The position numbers and the translations under genes are program-made. Under the pieces are notes generated by a model. The model was not told the origin of the DNA and searched no databases. It saw only the letters and a program-made list of their open reading frames with translations. A DNA stretch of 64,000 nt from Clostridiaceae bacterium. Lineage in GTDB: Bacteria > Bacillota > Clostridia > Oscillospirales > Butyricicoccaceae. The stretch's first letter is position 1. Every line of letters starts with the position of its first letter. Below are positions 10,085-18,910 of the stretch, piece by piece. Location of the stretch: the NCBI GenBank assembly GCA_018383195.1, contig JAGZOP010000001.1, positions 131,153-195,152 on the forward strand. Reading direction: 5' to 3'.

Positions 10085-11230
10085 CTGCGTTGTTTTCTTC
10101 CTCGTGCGGCGCAGCGACGATCTCCTCTACCGTATGGATGCCCACACGCTTCTGGAAACGGTCCACCAGTTCTGCCAGAGACAAATCGTCCAGCGCATCG
10201 TCTGACGGCGCTTCTGCCGGTTCAGCCGCTTCTTCCGGCGCCGCGTGTTCCTCTGCCGTTACCGGCGGCTGCGCTTGCGGTGTTCCGTCTTCTTCGGGCG
10301 CTGCGGCACTCTCTTCCGCAATCACCTCTTCCGGCAGTTCCTCCGGCTCCTGCACCGCCAAATCCTGCGCTTCTGCATGCGCCTGCTCCGTCTCTGCAAA
10401 TGCATCGGATTTCTCCTCTGCTTCTGCCTCCGGCGCTTCCTGCGGCTCGTTTTTGCGCAGGGAGAAGCGGTCAAACAGCATTGCAAGCGGCGCCGCAGCC
10501 GGTTCCTCCGCCTCTTCCGGCACAGCCTGCTCTGTTTCGTAATATTCGTCCTCGTACTCGTCGTCCGCGAAATAGCGGCCGGTCGCATCGCTGACAATCA
10601 CGCCGTCATCAATCATGATAACGCGCTTTTCAAACTCATCGACCAGTTCTTTTTCGTGTGTAACAATTAAAATCGTGGTACCCAGTTCATTGATTTTCTC
10701 AAACAGCGTCATCAATTCATAGGAACGCACCGGGTCCAAGTTACCCGTCGGCTCGTCGGCAATGATGAGACGCGGATTGTTGACCAGCGCACGCGCAATG
10801 GCAACGCGCTGCTGTTCACCGCCCGACAGCTCCAGCGGGCGGGTGTCCGCTTTTTCGGTCAGCCCGACCAAATCGAGTACATAAGGCACCCGTTTTTTGA
10901 TGGCGCGGTTGTTTGCGCCCACTGCGCGCATCGCGAACGCCACGTTTTCATAAACGGTCTTTTTCTCAATCAGGCGGAAATCCTGAAACACTACACCGAG
11001 TGTACGGCGCAGATATGGAATCTCACGCTTTTTGATGGTGCTCATATTATAGTTGTTGACGATAATGCGGCCGGATGTCGGGCGCACCTCGCCGGTAAGC
11101 AGCTTGATGAGGGTAGATTTACCCGAACCGGACGCACCGACCAGGAATACGAATTCACCTTCATCAATACGCAGCGTCGCTTTTTTGACTGCACGGACTC
11201 CGTTATCGTACTCCATGCTGACGTCGCTCA
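10029..11230 (-). CDS. ftsE: Cell-division ATP-binding protein FtsE with a roughly 170-aa acidic low-complexity C-terminal extension
   Basis: The ABC ATPase core has a Walker A (GASGSGKST), the signature [15 protein letters not shown], and a Walker B (LIIADEPT). I place the start at the ATG encoding [11 protein letters not shown] at 11230, which is preceded by GGAGG; the track ORF instead starts at an upstream in-frame codon at 11363. The C-terminal third ([25 protein letters not shown]...NEDTETPEQ) is E/A/P-rich and looks disordered. Confidence 0.88.
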
Positions 11231-11513
11231 TTCTTATCACAGTTGTGTGAAACCTCCTTGCGATGCAAGTTCTGCCGCGAGCGGCAAAAACCAGGGATAC
11301 TTTCAAAAAATCGGTTTTCCCCATCAAAAAACAGATGTGGCATCGTAACCGCTTTGCGGTCATTATACCACACCTGTTTGCAGATTTCCAGAGTATTTCC
11401 CTACTCTAAAAATTTAATCTTTTCTTAAAGCCTCTGATAATTCGATTTTCAGTGCAGAATCTGCGTTTTTCACACAGATGTTTCCATTCTGTCACCTATT
11501 TGCAGGTCAGATC

Positions 11514-12614
11514 TTATACGCGTCCCTCTTCGCGGCTTTCCAGATACTTGCGTACCATCAATGCAACCTTGAATACGATTGCATGATCGAATTCACGCAG
11601 GTCAAGACCTGTGAGCTTCTTAATCTTTTCCAGACGGTAAACCAGTGTATTGCGGTGTACAAACAACTTTCTGGATGTCTCGGAGACGTTCAGGTTGTTC
11701 TCGAAGAATTTCTGAATGGTATAGAGTGTCTCCTGATCGAGCGAATCAATCGAACCCTTTTTGAATACTTCGTTGAGGAACATCTCACACAGGGTTGTCG
11801 GCAGCTGATAAATCAAACGGCCGATGCCCAGGTTTTCAAAGCTAATGATGCTCTTTTCGGTATCGAAAACACCGCCAACCTCAATGGATACCTGCGCTTC
11901 CTTGAAAGACTTGGCGATATCCTTAAGCTGGGTAGAAATCGAACCGATACCAATGATGCACTTGATGAGCAGTTCGGAATTGAGCGCGTCCTCGATAGAC
12001 TTTGCCACCTTGGTCAGTTCACGCGTATCGCTTGTTGCCTTTACTTCCTTTACAACAACAATATCGGTCTCGCTGATATGCAGCACAAAGTCCTTCTGCT
12101 TGTCCGGGAACAGACCGTTGATGACATCAATCGCTGCAACGTCCACGCGCTCAAGCTGATGCACCAGAAATACAACGCGCGGCACGTCATTGCCAAAATG
12201 CAGTTCGCGGGACTTAATATAAATATCGCCCGGCAGGATGTTATCGAGAATGATATTCTTGACAAAAGTTGCCTTATCATGTTTCTCGTCGTACAGCGTC
12301 TTAATGTTATTGATCGCAACTGCGGCGAGTGAACAAACAGAACGCGCCAGTTCATCCTCTCCCTGAACAAAGATCGCATATTCAAAGCGGGTCGAACGAT
12401 CCGCAACCGACCGATACGTATATCCGCCGAAACGGATCATATCACCGGCATAACCGAGTTCGGTTACCGCATCCTCACGCATCTCGCCGATACGCGGCAG
12501 GTCGGTACATGCAACAACCGCTCCTGTTGCATCAACAATACCGATGGTACGGTCAACCGTATCTTTCATCTGGAGAACAATAGACTGGAACAATCTGGAG
12601 GCCATTCTCGTCAC
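11514..12614 (-). CDS. PucR/CdaR-family transcriptional regulator
   Basis: 366 aa. It has an N-terminal ligand-binding region and a C-terminal PucR-type HTH (SETSRKLFVHRNTLVYRLEKIKKLTGLDL). Confidence 0.7.
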   Translation of the reverse strand: MTRMASRLFQSIVLQMKDTVDRTIGIVDATGAVVACTDLPRIGEMREDAVTELGYAGDMIRFGGYTYRSVADRSTRFEYAIFVQGEDELARSVCSLAAVAINNIKTLYDEKHDKATFVKNIILDNILPGDIYIKSRELHFGNDVPRVVFLVHQLERVDVAAIDVINGLFPDKQKDFVLHISETDIVVVKEVKATSDTRELTKVAKSIEDALNSELLIKCIIGIGSISTQLKDIAKSFKEAQVSIEVGGVFDTEKSIISFENLGIGRLIYQLPTTLCEMFLNEVFKKGSIDSLDQETLYTIQKFFENNLNVSETSRKLFVHRNTLVYRLEKIKKLTGLDLREFDHAIVFKVALMVRKYLESREEGRV

Positions 12615-12730
12615 CTTTCCTTTCGAGTCTCTTCAATCATCAATTTTATGCGATTACTGAATTATAGCACATTTTCGCATTTTGCACAAGTTTTTTCGAA
12701 AAATTTGTTTATTTTTTAGTGAATAATCAA

Positions 12731-13480
12731 TTAAACTGTTTCTTCTGCTGCATTGCCGCGTGCTGCATTGCGCAGCATAGAAACTTCTTCCTCTGTCAGC
12801 TCTCGATATTCCCCGGGGGCAAGCGAAGCGTCAAGCCGCAGCGGACCAATCGACAGACGTTTAAGGTGTTCTACGTGACCGCCAACTGCGGCGATCATCC
12901 GCTTGACCTGATGGTGCTTACCTTCCCGCAGCGTAACCTCTACCCGCGTCAGACCATCCTGTACGCCCTCAATCTTCAGCACCGCCGGTTTGCACAGCGT
13001 ACCGTCTGCAAGCGTAAGCCCTTCCGCAAAGCGCTTCGGCGCACTGAGTTCAAGCCGTCCCTCAACGAGCGCGGCGTAGACCTTGTCCACATGCCGTCTA
13101 GGTGCGGTCAGCGCATGAGCGAAACCGCCGTCATCTGTAATGAGCAGCAGCCCTTCGGTATTTTTGTCCAGCCGACCGACCGGAAACAATCCGCGGCGTT
13201 CGGCTTCGGGGAACACGGACAGTACGGTTTCATGCAAGTTGTCCACGCATGCTGAAACCAAATCCGGTGGCTTATTGAGCATATAATATCGGCCGATCCG
13301 CCAACGCACCGGTGTGCCGCCGAGCGTAAGCTGATCCTCTGCTGGGGTCACTTTATACGCTGGATCACGGATAATTTCTCCATTCACCGCAGCGCGTCCG
13401 GCGCGGATCATTGCCCCAACCTCTTTCCGGCTTCCGCAGCCAAGCGATGACAGCGCTTTATCCAAACGCTCCTTCGCCAT
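12731..13480 (-). CDS. RsuA/RluB-family rRNA pseudouridine synthase
   Basis: It has an S4 domain (RLDKALSSLGCGSRKEV) and the RsuA catalytic motif (GRLDKNTEGLLLITDDG). I chose the MAKERL start at 13480 because it follows GGAGGG; the track ORF extends 20 codons further upstream. Confidence 0.85.
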   Translation of the reverse strand: MAKERLDKALSSLGCGSRKEVGAMIRAGRAAVNGEIIRDPAYKVTPAEDQLTLGGTPVRWRIGRYYMLNKPPDLVSACVDNLHETVLSVFPEAERRGLFPVGRLDKNTEGLLLITDDGGFAHALTAPRRHVDKVYAALVEGRLELSAPKRFAEGLTLADGTLCKPAVLKIEGVQDGLTRVEVTLREGKHHQVKRMIAAVGGHVEHLKRLSIGPLRLDASLAPGEYRELTEEEVSMLRNAARGNAAEETV

Positions 13481-13681
13481 TCGCATCCCTCCGTCTACTC
13501 TGGATAAATATAGAGTACCACTTTTTCGCAAGTTGCACAATAGGTTTGGCGAAAAAAACGAAAAAATTGCGGATAAACTTGTGCGGTTTCGTCATTTTTT
13601 CTTTTTTCAAAATTTCCCAAAACGAAAAAAGACGATTTTCAGAATTCATTTCCGAAAACCGCCTTTTTCTATTTTTCAACA

Positions 13682-14176
13682 TTATTCCTGTTGATTTTGA
13701 TTTGTTTTTTCCGTCACTCCATGAATAAATCCGTCCGCTTGCGCCGAGCAAATATCTGCTGCAATTAGCCGATTCCGATACAGCACAAGACTTGCCGTAA
13801 CCCCTTCTTCCCCACTCGGATCATTGAGCACCGAATAGACATACAGCATGGCTTTCCTGCCTTTATACTTCTCAAGATCCAACCCCTGCTTTCTTTGCAG
13901 TGCATTGTACTCCTCATAGGCTGCATCGAAGGTATCCGGGATACGTACCTCAGTTTCGGTCGTAGGCGTCTCCTCCACTTCCCATCCGTAACTCTGCAAA
14001 AATTCCACGCGCGCTTCATTTGTGGCAAGCTTTTGTGACAGCCCGGCTTCTGCCGCCGCGCTTGCCGCATCTGCACCGTGCGCAGACAGTGCCGAAACAC
14101 CCCAGATCACTGCTGCCAGCGCAAGCAATCCGACCGCAGCCTTTTTCACCGTCAACTTGGTTGCATATACAATCAT
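13682..14176 (-). CDS. Hypothetical membrane-anchored protein (DUF4830-like)
   Basis: 164 aa. It has one N-terminal TM/signal-anchor segment followed by a small soluble domain. I could not assign a function. Confidence 0.5.
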   Translation of the reverse strand: MIVYATKLTVKKAAVGLLALAAVIWGVSALSAHGADAASAAAEAGLSQKLATNEARVEFLQSYGWEVEETPTTETEVRIPDTFDAAYEEYNALQRKQGLDLEKYKGRKAMLYVYSVLNDPSGEEGVTASLVLYRNRLIAADICSAQADGFIHGVTEKTNQNQQE

Positions 14177-14239
14177 TTTGATTCCCTCCCTGTTGTTCCA
14201 TGCCTTGCTTCAACATATGTACAAGCGGCAGGGTTTAGA

Positions 14240-14345
14240 ACCGGGGAGGAAGAGAGTTAAAAGTGCAGGGTTGAGAGTTTGGAGTTTTGGAATCGCCGCG
14301 CAGCAGCGTTCCATAAGTTCTCTCCACTCTCCATTTTCAACTCCT
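14240..14345 (+). pseudogene. Decayed paralogous copy of the hemW 5' UTR and first ~20 codons (non-functional fragment)
   Basis: Plus-strand 14240-14345 (ggggaggaag...aatcgccgcgcagcagcgttcc...tctctccactctccatttt) aligns with the reverse complement of 46325-46440 (ggggagggaag...aatcgcagggcagcgctcc...ctctccaatctccactctcc). In frame it reads IAAQQRSISSLHSPFSTPA, against HemW's AQKSQGSAPLSNLHSPIST. The ATG is lost and a stop follows. Confidence 0.5.
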
Positions 14346-14382
14346 GCCTGAAAAGAGCGGCGCATTGCGCCGCTCTTTTTAT
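14346..14382. terminator. Terminator downstream of the EF-G-like gene (bidirectional)
   Basis: The sequence AAAAGAGCGGCGCATTGCGCCGCTCTTTTTAT forms a stem with flanking A/T tracts. Confidence 0.8.
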
Positions 14383-16475
14383 CAGTCCTTATTAAGCGCT
14401 TCCATGCGCGCCTTGTTCTCCGCAATTACCTTCTCCTGTACCATCGGAGGCGCATCGTCATAGCGCTCGAACGCGGATTCAAACGAACCACGTCCCTGCG
14501 TCATCGAACGCAGCGTAATCGCATAGTCGGTTGTTTCTGCCATCGGCACTTCTGCAAGAATCTCCTGCTGTCCGCCCTCAACCGGATTCATACCCATGAT
14601 GCGTCCGCGGCGCTTGTTCAAATCACCGATGACATCGCCCATGTAGTTATCCGGAACAATAACCTTCATCGAGCAGATTGGCTCGAGCAGTACCGGAGAT
14701 GCCTGCGGAATACCCGCCTTATATGCCAGACGAGCCGCCATCTTAAACGAAAGCTCGTTGGAGTCTACATCGTGATAGGAGCCATCCGTCAAAACAGCCT
14801 TCAAGCCGACCATCGGATAACCTGCCAGTACGCCATGCTCCATTGCCTCACGGATGCCCTTATCGACTGCCGGATGGAAGTTCTTCGGAACAGAACCGCC
14901 GAAGATCTTCTCTTCAAACAGATAGTCGCCCTCTGCATACGGTTCGAAGTCCATCTTGACATGACCGTACTGACCATGACCGCCAGACTGCTTCTTATGC
15001 TTGCCTTCTACCGAGACCTTCTTGCGAATCTTCTCGCGGTACGGTACGATCGGTGCCGACAGCTCCACTTCTACGCCAAACTTATTTTTCAGCTTGGAGC
15101 AAATTACATCCAGATGGATGTCACCTGCGCCGGCAATGGTCATCTGCTTGGTTTCCGGATTGAAATTCACTTCAAAGCTCGGGTCCTCATCGCGCAGCTT
15201 GGCAAGACCAGCGGACATTTTTTCTTCATTGCCCTTGCTCTTCGGTGCAATACCCTGCATGTAGCACGGCTTAGCAATCTCTACGCCCTCGAGCGAAACC
15301 TTACGCACCGACATAGAAAGTGTATCGTCAGTCTTGGTCGTGACAAGTTTTGCAACTGCGCCAATATCGCCGCAGCCGATTTCATCCACTTCGGTCGTCT
15401 TTTTGCCGCATACGGTATAGATGTGACCCATCTTCTCGTTCGCGTCTGCACGCTTATTGACAAGCGTCATATCGCTCTTAACCGAGCCGGACAGCACCTT
15501 GAAGTACGAGAAACGTCCATACTGGTCCGCAACAGTCTTAAATACATACGCGCAGGTCGAGCCGTTCGGCGAGCAAATGATCTCGTCCAGTTCGCCCTTC
15601 TCATCCTCATAAACCTCAGCCGAAGCCTCGTCCGGAGAAGGCATGTAGTCCGCGATGCCCTTGAGCAGCGCATAGGAACCAATACCGGTTGCCGCGGTGC
15701 CACAGAATACCGGTGCAATCACCAGATCACGTACGCCCTGGCGGATGCCCGCAATCAGTTCCTCATCGGAGAACTCTTCGCCTGCAAAGTAGCGCTCCAT
15801 CAGATCCTCGGACAGCTCTGCAATGTTTTCACACAGCGCCGCACGATGCTGGTCGATACGCTCAACCATGTTTTCCGGAATCGGGATTTCCACGCGCTTG
15901 GTGCCATCCATCTTGTATGCCTTGCGGATAACGCAGTCTACAACGCCGACGGTGTCACGGTTGCCCTCGAAGATCGGAACTACAATCGGGCATACCGAAA
16001 CGCCGAACTGCTTTTGCAGCTTATGCAACGCACTGTAATAATCGGAATTCTCTTCATCAATCTTGGAAATGTAGAACATACGCGGCATCTGACGCTCAGA
16101 AACCTTTTTCCATGCCTTTTCGGTGCCGACGCCGGGACCGGACTTACCGGTTGCCACAATCAGCGCAGATTCCGAAACGCGCAGCGCATGCTTTACTTCG
16201 CTTTCAAAATCAAAGAAACCCGGGGTATCGAGCAGATTGATCTTGCAGTCATCCCAAACCACGGGAGCGACCGAAGTCGAAATCGTAAACTGACGCTTAA
16301 TCTCCTCGGGATCATAATCACAAACTGTATTGCCTTCCGGCACCTTGCCCACGCGCTCGGTCGCGCCGGAGGTAAACAGCAGGCTCTCAATCAGGGAGGT
16401 CTTGCCGTCTCCGCCGTGTCCCATGACGCAGACATTTCTTAACTTATTCACCGGGTACGTTGCCATATTATACAC
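14382..16475 (-). CDS. Translational GTPase of the EF-G / ribosomal-protection family (paralog, divergent G1 motif)
   Basis: 697 aa. It has a five-domain EF-G-like architecture with G motifs GHGGDGKTS (canonical is AHIDAGKTT), DTPG, NKID. The ESLLFTSGA segment resembles Tet(M)-like proteins. Confidence 0.8.
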   Translation of the reverse strand: MYNMATYPVNKLRNVCVMGHGGDGKTSLIESLLFTSGATERVGKVPEGNTVCDYDPEEIKRQFTISTSVAPVVWDDCKINLLDTPGFFDFESEVKHALRVSESALIVATGKSGPGVGTEKAWKKVSERQMPRMFYISKIDEENSDYYSALHKLQKQFGVSVCPIVVPIFEGNRDTVGVVDCVIRKAYKMDGTKRVEIPIPENMVERIDQHRAALCENIAELSEDLMERYFAGEEFSDEELIAGIRQGVRDLVIAPVFCGTAATGIGSYALLKGIADYMPSPDEASAEVYEDEKGELDEIICSPNGSTCAYVFKTVADQYGRFSYFKVLSGSVKSDMTLVNKRADANEKMGHIYTVCGKKTTEVDEIGCGDIGAVAKLVTTKTDDTLSMSVRKVSLEGVEIAKPCYMQGIAPKSKGNEEKMSAGLAKLRDEDPSFEVNFNPETKQMTIAGAGDIHLDVICSKLKNKFGVEVELSAPIVPYREKIRKKVSVEGKHKKQSGGHGQYGHVKMDFEPYAEGDYLFEEKIFGGSVPKNFHPAVDKGIREAMEHGVLAGYPMVGLKAVLTDGSYHDVDSNELSFKMAARLAYKAGIPQASPVLLEPICSMKVIVPDNYMGDVIGDLNKRRGRIMGMNPVEGGQQEILAEVPMAETTDYAITLRSMTQGRGSFESAFERYDDAPPMVQEKVIAENKARMEALNKD

Positions 16476-16603
16476 TCTCCTGCTAGTTTTGTGCGAGAGC
16501 GTCCTGTGCAGAATGCCAAATCACGCATCTCTCTGTTCGTAATTATACACTATAGTTCCCCAAAATGCAAACACTATTTTTGTGAATCATGCCAACGAGG
16601 TCA

Positions 16604-16645
16604 AAAAAAGAGGAAATGCCGCGAAATTTCACAGCATTTCCTCCA
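16604..16645 (-). terminator. Terminator downstream of the ATPase-like gene
   Basis: The minus strand reads GGAGGAAATGCTGTGAAATTTCGCGGCATTTCCTCTTTTTTTG, a 9-bp stem followed by a U-tract. Confidence 0.75.
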
Positions 16646-16657
16646 AAGCTTTTCGTA

Positions 16658-18910
16658 TCAATAGTTTCTGCGCCCCGTCAGCGAAATGACAAACACCGGC
16701 ACATACCACAGCAGCAGATACAGCAGCACGTTCTTCGGCTCCACCGCCTCAGCCGCACCCTTAAAGGTCAGGTAGAACATGAGCAGCATGCCGCATACTC
16801 CCGCAATGGTGCCAATCAGCAGGTTCGAGCGCAGTGCGCTGACCAGCTTGCGCGCCGCCTGCTGCACAGTTACATACGGCATCGCGCCGTCCTTGGACAG
16901 GATTGCGCATACCCGATCCTTTGCCGTATAGCGCGGAGCAATAATCTCCGGAATGCGTGCCGGATCGACTGCATCAGTCATGCCGTGCTTCATTTCAAAC
17001 ATACTCTCCACCATCGCCGGAGAAATATTGAAATCCTGCGCGGCAATCACCGGGCGGATCTTAATCCGCTCCAGTGCATGAATTGCGCCGTAGGTCTGCG
17101 CGGTCGGATGATAGGCAAGCGAAATCAAGCCCGCAATCTGGCTGTTGATGACCACGTATACACCGTTTTCAATGTTGCTGGCATCCGACACGGGGAGACC
17201 CATTCTGGAGAGGAAGGATGCCGTGCCGACCAGCACGCTGTCCCCGCCGATATCCGCCGACATACCGCCCGATTCATAATGCACCACATTGGATGCGCGC
17301 ACCGGACGACCGTACTGCTCCCGAAGTGACTCGCTCAGCACGCGACCGATCTCAAGCCCCTGCCCAGCAGTCACTGCGGATGCGTAAGCGAGCAGCTTTT
17401 CCGCCGAATAGCTGCCAAAGTTGCGAATCTCCTCCACCGTAATCGAGCCAGCAGGGAACAAATCCCCATCGCGGAGAACTGCTTCCTTCATCCGGCACAA
17501 CCGGCCTGCCTGACGTGCAGAAGCCAGTGCCGCGCCTTCCGAAAGCAGCTTACGGGATACATTGCGGTACGGTGCGCCAAATGCGCACAGCACACCGAGC
17601 GGTGCAGAAATCGACAAAATTGCAGAAAGCGACCAGAAAAACTGGGTCGGTTTCCCGCATCCAAAGGATGCCACTGCGGCAAACACAATCGATGCCACAA
17701 TCGCCAGCGGCGCATAAATGCGCTCAAAATAATCGATCTGATCCGGACGCTCCATCTCACGCAGGAAATCGGTCGTATCCGCCATGCGGCTCTTTACCAC
17801 GCGGCGGGCATGGTCGCGCCCATCCTGATGGGCGTACACGCCGGTCGGTCGGTCGCCCAGTGTCGCAGCCTTATACGCGCGGTAGCGTCCGGACATGCGC
17901 GCCTTTTCCTCCTGCATCTGCGCAAACAGCAGAATGATGCTGACCGCACAGTACGGCAGCCATCCCGCCCACTTGAATGTAATGATGGTCATGCCATGAA
18001 TCAGAGACGCAATGAGCGACAGCACCACGAGCGAGCTGCGGTCTGCTTTCAGCGTAAACAAATTATAGACGCCGGTCCCCACAATATCGAGCCCGGCAAA
18101 CATGGAGACAAACTGCAAAAGCATGAGCGTCATGATGGCAAGGTACGGATGCTCTGCATATTGCAGCACCTCCGGCATGGGCAGCCCCATGCCGCCGCCC
18201 ACCGTGATGTAAGTTGCAACCGCCCCAAGAATCAGTACAAAGATGCTGCGGCGCGCCAGATTTTTTGCGCGCCGCTTGCACACACGCTGCGCCTGATGCG
18301 GGTCGCGGATTTCGATTTCGTCCTCCTGATCGCGGGCGCGTTCTTCTTCCTTACGGCGCGCCTTTTCCAACTGTCTGCGTTCGCGGCGGCTGAGTTTTTC
18401 TTCTTTTTCGTCCTCTTCGGTCATGGCTGCCAAACGACGCGCCTTCTTTTCCGCCGTTTCGCGCAATGCTTGGTCGATTTCCCGCGGGTCTGTTCCCGGG
18501 ATTCTCGGGATGCGCCCGCTGACCTGCGGCACACGGCCGGTTCCCTGCGGAATGCGTGCGGTCCCCTGCGGCACGCGCATCGTGCCCTGTGAAACCCGCG
18601 GCACTGCGCCGGTTTTCTGCGACGGGCGCTGACCGCTCTGAGGCGGCTGCACACTGCGCTGTGCGACACGCGCGGTTCCCTGTCCCTGCGGGCGGACAGC
18701 CGAACGCCCTTCACGGGTCGTCTGATCGACCACGCCGCTGACCTCAGCAATAATATCATTCAAATTATATCCGCCGGACGCTTTTTCCGGCTGCTGCTGT
18801 GCAGTCTGCTCGTTATTCGCAGCTTTTTTCGGCGGCTCCTCCGGCGGCACATCGCCGATCATCTTGCGAATCTCAGACAGTTCCTGCGTATCCATCAGTT
18901 TATCGTTCAT
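16658..18910 (-). CDS. Polytopic membrane protein related to P1B-type (heavy-metal) P-type ATPases, with degenerate catalytic motifs and a disordered repeat-rich N-terminus
   Basis: 750 aa. The first 140 aa are low-complexity with PQGT-R-[IV] peptide repeats. After that come at least 6 TM helices and a cytoplasmic region whose order and local similarity follow the P/N domains of CopA-like ATPases. The position expected to hold DKTGT reads LRDGDLF, and the GDGxNDxP position reads SKDGAMP. Its start overlaps the rlmB stop by 4 nt, and a rho-independent terminator follows it. Confidence 0.5.
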   Translation of the reverse strand: MNDKLMDTQELSEIRKMIGDVPPEEPPKKAANNEQTAQQQPEKASGGYNLNDIIAEVSGVVDQTTREGRSAVRPQGQGTARVAQRSVQPPQSGQRPSQKTGAVPRVSQGTMRVPQGTARIPQGTGRVPQVSGRIPRIPGTDPREIDQALRETAEKKARRLAAMTEEDEKEEKLSRRERRQLEKARRKEEERARDQEDEIEIRDPHQAQRVCKRRAKNLARRSIFVLILGAVATYITVGGGMGLPMPEVLQYAEHPYLAIMTLMLLQFVSMFAGLDIVGTGVYNLFTLKADRSSLVVLSLIASLIHGMTIITFKWAGWLPYCAVSIILLFAQMQEEKARMSGRYRAYKAATLGDRPTGVYAHQDGRDHARRVVKSRMADTTDFLREMERPDQIDYFERIYAPLAIVASIVFAAVASFGCGKPTQFFWSLSAILSISAPLGVLCAFGAPYRNVSRKLLSEGAALASARQAGRLCRMKEAVLRDGDLFPAGSITVEEIRNFGSYSAEKLLAYASAVTAGQGLEIGRVLSESLREQYGRPVRASNVVHYESGGMSADIGGDSVLVGTASFLSRMGLPVSDASNIENGVYVVINSQIAGLISLAYHPTAQTYGAIHALERIKIRPVIAAQDFNISPAMVESMFEMKHGMTDAVDPARIPEIIAPRYTAKDRVCAILSKDGAMPYVTVQQAARKLVSALRSNLLIGTIAGVCGMLLMFYLTFKGAAEAVEPKNVLLYLLLWYVPVFVISLTGRRNY
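18496..18700 (-). repeat. Degenerate tandem repeats of about 21 nt encoding the PQGT-R-[IV] peptide repeats of the ATPase-like protein's N-terminus
   Basis: Repeating units ccctgcgg[ca]a[ct][ag]cg... recur at least 4 to 5 times between 18516 and 18610 and again at 18680. In protein they read VPRVSQGTMRVPQGTARIPQGTGRVPQVSGRIPRIPG. Confidence 0.6.

Noticed and set aside
13541-13681. An AT-rich 140-bp spacer with multiple A5-6 tracts and small ORFs 13411..13728 + and 13458..13751 -
   Set aside because: The ORFs are low-complexity and overlap the rsuA start. The region is better explained as the rsuA promoter (TTGCGA-17-TATATT) plus A-tract upstream-element DNA.
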